DNA of 38,371 nt from Solirubrobacteraceae bacterium (GTDB lineage Bacteria > Actinomycetota > Thermoleophilia > Solirubrobacterales > Solirubrobacteraceae), in assembly GCA_034664545.1 (NCBI GenBank), contig JAXDHK010000340.1:1-38371 (forward strand), given 5' to 3'. Numbering within the stretch: position 1 is the first letter of the stretch; each line of letters starts with the position of its first letter. This document shows positions 34,801 through 38,371 of this stretch, piece after piece. The notes under the pieces are model-generated. The model did not search any database and was not told where the DNA came from. It worked only from the letters and a program-made list of their open reading frames with translations. A program made the position numbers and the translations under genes.

Positions 34801-36031
34801 GACCCCCCGGACCTGGCTGCGGGCGCGCTTCGACGCGACCGCCGCCGCCCCGGCCGTGGAGCTCACCGCGCTGGCGATGAACGCGACCGACGTCGCGCAG
34901 ACGGAGTCGATCGCGGGCGAGGTCCCGGGCTCGAGCGACGGCAGCCCCCAGCAGGTCGTGTTCGTCCGGCGGCCGCCCATCCTCGAGGGCGAGGTCATCG
35001 AGGTGCGCGAGCTCGAGGGAGCGCGCGCGGCGGTCGACCTCCCGATCCTCGAGCGTGAGCTCGCGGGGGACGGGATGGCGGGCGCCGCCCGTCGGGTGGT
35101 CGATCCGGTCAGCGGCGCGGTCTCCGAGGTCTGGGTGCGCTGGGCGATGCGCTCGAGCCTCGGGCTGTCGGGACCGGCGGACCGCCACTACACCGTCGAC
35201 CGGAGCGCCGGGCGCATCCTCTTCGGAGACGGTGTCCACGGGCGGATCCCGCCCGCGGCGAGCGACAACATCCAGGCGGCCTACCGGACCGGGGGCGGGG
35301 CGAGCGCGAACGTCGGCGCCGGCGCGGTCAGCGCCCTGATCAGCCCGGTTCCGGCGAGCCGGGCCGGCAACCCGCTGGCGGCCTCGGGTGGGGCCGACGC
35401 CGAGACGCTCGCCGCCGCGCTGGCCCGGGGCCCTGCGCTCCTGCGCCACCGGCGGATGGGGATCACGACCGCCGACACCGCGGACGTCGCCCACGAGACG
35501 TGCCCAGCCGTCGCTCGCACGCGGGTGCTCGGCGCCCGCGACCAGTACGGCCGGCCCCTCCCCGGCCACACCCGGGTGATCGTGATCCCCGACGCCCCAG
35601 ACCCGCGGCCCCAGCCCGACGCCGAGCTGCGCCGGCGCGTCCGGGACGCGCTGGCGGCGCGGGCTCCGGCGACGGCGGCCGCCGGAATCGCCGTGGTCGG
35701 CCCGGACTACGTCGCCGTGGGCGCCGAGGTCACCGTTCGGGCCGCGGTGCGTGCCGAACCCGGACCGGTCCGCGCGGCCGTGCTCGCCGAGCTCGAGCGG
35801 TTCCTCCACCCACTGCGCGGCGGTCCGACCGGAACCGGCTTCGACTTCGGCCGCTCGGTCTTCCTCTCGGATCTGGCCCGGACGCTCGAGGCGCTGGACG
35901 GCGTCGACGTCGTGACCGGCGTGGCGCTCACCCGGGACGGGGTCGAGCAGGGGGAGCGGGTCGACGTCGGCCCGGGCCAGCTCGTCTGCGCCGGAGTCCT
36001 CTCGGTCACCCTGGCCGGAGCGGGTGCCTGA
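31832..36031 (+). CDS. large (1399 aa) putative baseplate assembly protein (baseplate J-related, Afp11-type)
   Basis: ATGA overlap (31832/31835). It has three copies of a W-x-Y/W-W/Y-D/N-G-x-x-W motif (WSWWDGEDWQPF, VWEYWNGSRWTEL, LDWEGYDGVDWRTL). The J-type C-terminus reads LERFLHPLRGGPTGTGFDFGRSVFLSDL. Confidence 0.7.
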   Translation: MSAPFATATAEEIARALLARRPAYAPDLRPRDDGPSNALIAIAAEYLESLGERIGRMPDKHLAALLDMLGVSVLPAQPAGATVVFTALPSAPATRVVAGTRLGASIPGAAAPLPFETGADVAVTSSALAEVWTVLPGADAAAEHGADLAAGRGATLFAGAQRVERQLAIGDPVRLALSGRAEILLDLRLRTPGSTALALDWSWWDGEDWQPFAPFADPEAAGDDDSWDGTGGLTRSGRIRLVAPCAKAKRLTIEGVESYWIRARTTVPLSPRPDLRPPEVAAVRIRTVLSRAPVRMTLLPASESGKLTVRVFTADAKPAPKETTFWVRTLSGAGGDVLYSCDPVRPRGPSQDTPAPGTTIALSLDGAAKPDPESFLPPITLRGDLDVDLAHVRGLPPDKAIGDSKPVDVTRAFQPLGQAPTRGAAFYLACDEVFAKPGARVTLSLARPVTASEEADIAGGNYEGSLQSARTFLDNLINTLDAVGANLRALTAAGHDLDPASVPPIDKGSETTAAWYLRVRQSVTDALRALTDAATRHQPAAFNAIVDARRLLAPSPDVGRALAALDSHELDAATILADLASAVALLTSTPTPLSAQGASLRAAAAANSPDVPALQAALVLTFTALPALEPFLGGALPENLVESPEAFRDMVIGRLNSAKAVLATAAATILDWTNQLTYLTPQQLVAGVSVNPTPQLSAAEVVWEYWNGSRWTELAITGDPAGAVASFRASGVIRFDVPEGWEPNEVVNDTRRWLRARLAAGSYTYLRLVAWTDPKTNVLNFLPVVEPRPPVLDGLELFFHYESPGAPPATALTLNDFAWEDVTPGLAQPGPGFIPFRSMPERVPMLYLGFDGPLPADRLGLYVELREPDPDARPLALDWEGYDGVDWRTLSTDDGTRGLTAHGVVGLIWPGDASPPGAALLGAVGRALTLAERDAATRFAPGDRVLVRDPAGGEPGVVAAAAGQTLTLRDPVSRAYVGGEVVDAPPARFGTPRTWLRARFDATAAAPAVELTALAMNATDVAQTESIAGEVPGSSDGSPQQVVFVRRPPILEGEVIEVRELEGARAAVDLPILERELAGDGMAGAARRVVDPVSGAVSEVWVRWAMRSSLGLSGPADRHYTVDRSAGRILFGDGVHGRIPPAASDNIQAAYRTGGGASANVGAGAVSALISPVPASRAGNPLAASGGADAETLAAALARGPALLRHRRMGITTADTADVAHETCPAVARTRVLGARDQYGRPLPGHTRVIVIPDAPDPRPQPDAELRRRVRDALAARAPATAAAGIAVVGPDYVAVGAEVTVRAAVRAEPGPVRAAVLAELERFLHPLRGGPTGTGFDFGRSVFLSDLARTLEALDGVDVVTGVALTRDGVEQGERVDVGPGQLVCAGVLSVTLAGAGA

Positions 36032-36034
36032 CCG

Positions 36035-38272
36035 ATGCCGCTCGCCCTCCCCGACCTCGATACCCGGCGCTTCGCGGAGCTCGTCGTCGAGGGCCGAAGC
36101 CGCATTCCGATGCAGGCGCCCGAGTGGACCGACCACAACCTCTCGGACCCCGGCATCGTCCTCATGGAGCTGCTGGCCTACCTGATCGAGACCGATGTCT
36201 ACCGGGCCAACCGGGTGCCCGATCGGAGCCGTCGCAAGCTCTTGGGGCTCGCCGGGGAGCGGCTGGCCGGGCCGGTGCCGGGCCGGGCGGTCATCGCCGC
36301 CGTCACGCGGCCGGGAGCTCCGGTGAGCCTCCCGGCCGGGGTCGGACTCACCCTGCAGCACGGCGCGACGGTCATCCGGGCGACCACGCAGGCCGGCTTG
36401 CCGCTGATCGACGGGACGGTGCGCGCCGTGCAGGTGCTCAGCGCCGACGCGCTCCTCGACCGGAGCACCCGGCTGGCCACGACCCGCGCCACGGCGGCCC
36501 TCGGTGAGGATCCGCGCCCGGGCGATGCCCTCGTGATCGGCCTCGACGGCCCGCTCCCCGCTGGGCGGGGACTGGCCCTGCACCTCGACTTGGCGGGGCC
36601 CGACGCGTTCGACGAGGACGCCGGGATCGTCGCCCTGGGGCTCGATCCGACCGTTCACCACGGAGCGCGGACGGTGTGGGAGGCGTTCGACGGCGCCGCC
36701 TGGGTGCCGCTCGCCGACGCGGCCGTCAAGGATCCCACCCGGGCCCTCAGCCGCCCGGGGATCGTCGTGCTGGAACCCGCGACCGCGGTTCCCCCGGTCC
36801 GGCTCGGGACCGTGGTGGCCCCGCTGGCCTGGGTGCGCTGCCGCTTGGCCGACGGCCGGCCCGACCGGGCGCCGGTCCTCCGCGCGGCGACGGCCAACGC
36901 CGTCGAGGTTCGCCTCGCCGCGCCGGCGTTCTCGACGCTCCACATCAGCCCCGGGGCCGAGGTCCCCCCCGCCGGGGTGGTCGCCGGGAACACGAGCGTC
37001 GGGCTCGCCTTCGATGTCGACCCGGCGACCGGGGACGTCACCCGGCTGCTCGCCGCCGGCGCCGAGGAGGCCCCGGCGGTGGCGGTCCTCGACTACGCGC
37101 CGCCGGCGCCGGGCGCCCCGGGACGGATCGCCCTGGCGGCCGCGTGGGTCGGCCGCGGCGACGGGACGCCCGAGCAGGAGTTCACGATCCCCGGAGCCCC
37201 CGTCGAGGACGACGCCCGCGTCTGGCTGCTCGAGACCGACGGCGTCCACGGCGTACGCCTGCGCGAGAGCCTCGACGCGTCGGGGCGGCGGGACCGCGAT
37301 GCCGTCCTCGACCCCACGACCGGCGGGCTCCGCTTCGGGGACGGGCGTCGAGGGCGGGTGCCGCCGGCTGGCTCCGCCGTCCTCGCCGCCTGGAGCGCGA
37401 CGAGCGCGGCGGCCGGCGGCGGGCTGCGTCCGCCGGCGACCGGCCACCTGGTCGGTGACCCCCGCACCCGGCTGCTCCTGGGTGCCGACCCGGGCGCCGT
37501 CGACGCAACCCTCGCCATCGCGCTCGTCACCCCGGTGCGGGGGGCCGCCGATGCCGAGGACGTGAGCGCCGCGGCGGCCCGGGCCGAGCTACGGGTCTGG
37601 GCTCACGAGCGCCTCGTCGAGGCGCTCGAGGCGGCCCGGGCGACCACGCTCGACGACCTCGACCCGGACGTCGCCCGGGGACTCGCGGTGCCCGAGCGGG
37701 CGGTCACCCTGGCCGACCACGAGCGCATCGCCCGCGCCACCGCCGGCGGGCGGATCGACCGGGCGCGGGCGTTCGTCGACATGCACCCCGACCTGCCTCC
37801 CGAGCTTCGGGCCGCCGGCTGCGTGACCGTCGTCGTCGTGCCCTCGCTCCCGGCCGCGCGCCCGGAGCCGACGCCCGGGCTGCTCGACGCCGTCCGGCGG
37901 ACGCTCGACCCGCGCCGGCTCGTCGGAGCCCGCGTCTTCGTGACCGGCCCGACCTACGTCGTCGTCGACGTGACCGCGACGATCGCGCTGGTCCCGGGCG
38001 CCGACGCCGACGCGGCGACGGCGGACGTCCGCGACGCCCTCGGCCGCTTCTTGCACCCGCTGAGCGGCGGCGCCCCCGGACGGGGGTGGCCGTTCGGGCG
38101 CCCCGTCTACCGCAGCGAGATCATGCAGCTCATCGACGCCGCGGCCGGGGTCGACCACGTCGAGGCGCTCACGCTGGCCGCCGCCGGCGACCCGCCGACC
38201 TGCGGGAACCTCGCGATCGGGCCGGCGGCGCTCGTCGTCGCCGGGACGTTGACCGTGGTGGTGGTCTCGTGA
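36035..38272 (+). CDS. baseplate J/gp47-family protein (745 aa)
   Basis: ATG 36035 lies 3 nt after the upstream stop. The N-terminus PDLDTRRFAELVVEGRSRIPMQAPEWTDHNLSDPGIVLMELLAYLIETDVYRANRVPD is the classic Baseplate_J motif. The C-terminus reads LGRFLHPLSGGAPGRGWPFGRPVYRSEI. Confidence 0.8.
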   Translation: MPLALPDLDTRRFAELVVEGRSRIPMQAPEWTDHNLSDPGIVLMELLAYLIETDVYRANRVPDRSRRKLLGLAGERLAGPVPGRAVIAAVTRPGAPVSLPAGVGLTLQHGATVIRATTQAGLPLIDGTVRAVQVLSADALLDRSTRLATTRATAALGEDPRPGDALVIGLDGPLPAGRGLALHLDLAGPDAFDEDAGIVALGLDPTVHHGARTVWEAFDGAAWVPLADAAVKDPTRALSRPGIVVLEPATAVPPVRLGTVVAPLAWVRCRLADGRPDRAPVLRAATANAVEVRLAAPAFSTLHISPGAEVPPAGVVAGNTSVGLAFDVDPATGDVTRLLAAGAEEAPAVAVLDYAPPAPGAPGRIALAAAWVGRGDGTPEQEFTIPGAPVEDDARVWLLETDGVHGVRLRESLDASGRRDRDAVLDPTTGGLRFGDGRRGRVPPAGSAVLAAWSATSAAAGGGLRPPATGHLVGDPRTRLLLGADPGAVDATLAIALVTPVRGAADAEDVSAAAARAELRVWAHERLVEALEAARATTLDDLDPDVARGLAVPERAVTLADHERIARATAGGRIDRARAFVDMHPDLPPELRAAGCVTVVVVPSLPAARPEPTPGLLDAVRRTLDPRRLVGARVFVTGPTYVVVDVTATIALVPGADADAATADVRDALGRFLHPLSGGAPGRGWPFGRPVYRSEIMQLIDAAAGVDHVEALTLAAAGDPPTCGNLAIGPAALVVAGTLTVVVVS

Positions 38273-38371
38273 GCACCACCCCGGCGAGCTTCGTCCCCGA
38301 CCGGGTCCAGCCGGTGGCCGAGGCCCGGCTCGCGGCGAGCGACCTGCGCGACCTCCTGCGGCTGGCCGACC
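38269..38371 (+). CDS. start of next baseplate/tail gene (3' end outside window)
   Basis: GTGA overlap (38269/38272). The frame stays open to the window edge (MSTTPASFVPDRVQPVAEARLAASDLRDLLRLAD...). By synteny a gpI-like tail protein is expected here, but the fragment is too short to assign. Confidence 0.35.
   Translation, partial: MSTTPASFVPDRVQPVAEARLAASDLRDLLRLAD

Noticed and set aside
31808-37447. 1879-aa minus-strand ORF, together with similar giants at 1828-4851, 24804-27467, 17433-19670, 6389-8689 and 4993-6486 on the minus strand
   Set aside because: They lie antisense to + strand genes that carry clear family motifs. Their translations are dominated by R/G/D/E/V/P with no recognisable domains. 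This is the usual stop-codon-poor shadow frame of very GC-rich DNA.
1-38371. Search for CRISPR arrays, tRNA/rRNA genes, IS elements, a DGR reverse transcriptase, or template/variable repeat pairs near the fibre genes
   Set aside because: None was recognised by eye. Coding density on the + strand leaves only four gaps longer than 100 nt (2779-2898, 17376-17570, 20688-20802, 21463-21644), and none resembles such elements.

Overview
This is a very GC-rich window with actinobacterium-like coding style: high GC3, many GTG starts, and chains of 4-nt ATGA/GTGA gene overlaps. All credible genes lie on the + strand. I saw no rRNA, tRNA, CRISPR array, transposase or integrase.

The window holds two tandem, roughly colinear contractile-injection-system (phage-tail-like) gene clusters.

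Cluster 1 (1-17375, 5' end cut by the window edge) runs in this order:
- sheath C-terminus, tube, assembly chaperone
- Pro-rich tape-measure candidate, tube-initiator-like protein
- an inserted pair: a 1156-aa helical repeat protein plus an RHS/YD-repeat toxin whose C-terminal domain carries HExxHxxQQ
- gpD-like hub, gpV-like spike, PAAR-like protein, Ig-like protein
- gp25-like wedge, baseplate J, gpI-like protein, then three small fibre-region genes in a visibly AT-richer stretch

Between the clusters sits a 1038-aa orphan (17571-20687). It has its own sigma70-like, apparently leaderless promoter. It carries an N-terminal GNNQAVQ motif, annexin-like helical repeats and a Gly/Ala-rich hydrophobic C-terminus, so it is a candidate payload.

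Cluster 2 (20803 to the window end, 3' truncated) is an Afp/PVC-type eCIS in this order:
- atypical LuxR response regulator, small coupled ORF, AAA+ ATPase, DUF4255 cap protein
- sheath, gp19-like tube
- a chaperone that appears split at a G_GGG_GGA slippery heptamer followed by a stem-loop (predicted -1 frameshift)
- Pro/Ala-rich tape-measure candidate, LysM tube-initiator, gpD-like hub
- VgrG-like spike, PAAR, gp25, two large baseplate-J-type proteins, and the start of a further gene

The very long minus-strand ORFs and the alternative-frame + ORFs are GC-driven shadow ORFs. All family assignments come from motif recognition by eye and need HMM or structure confirmation.
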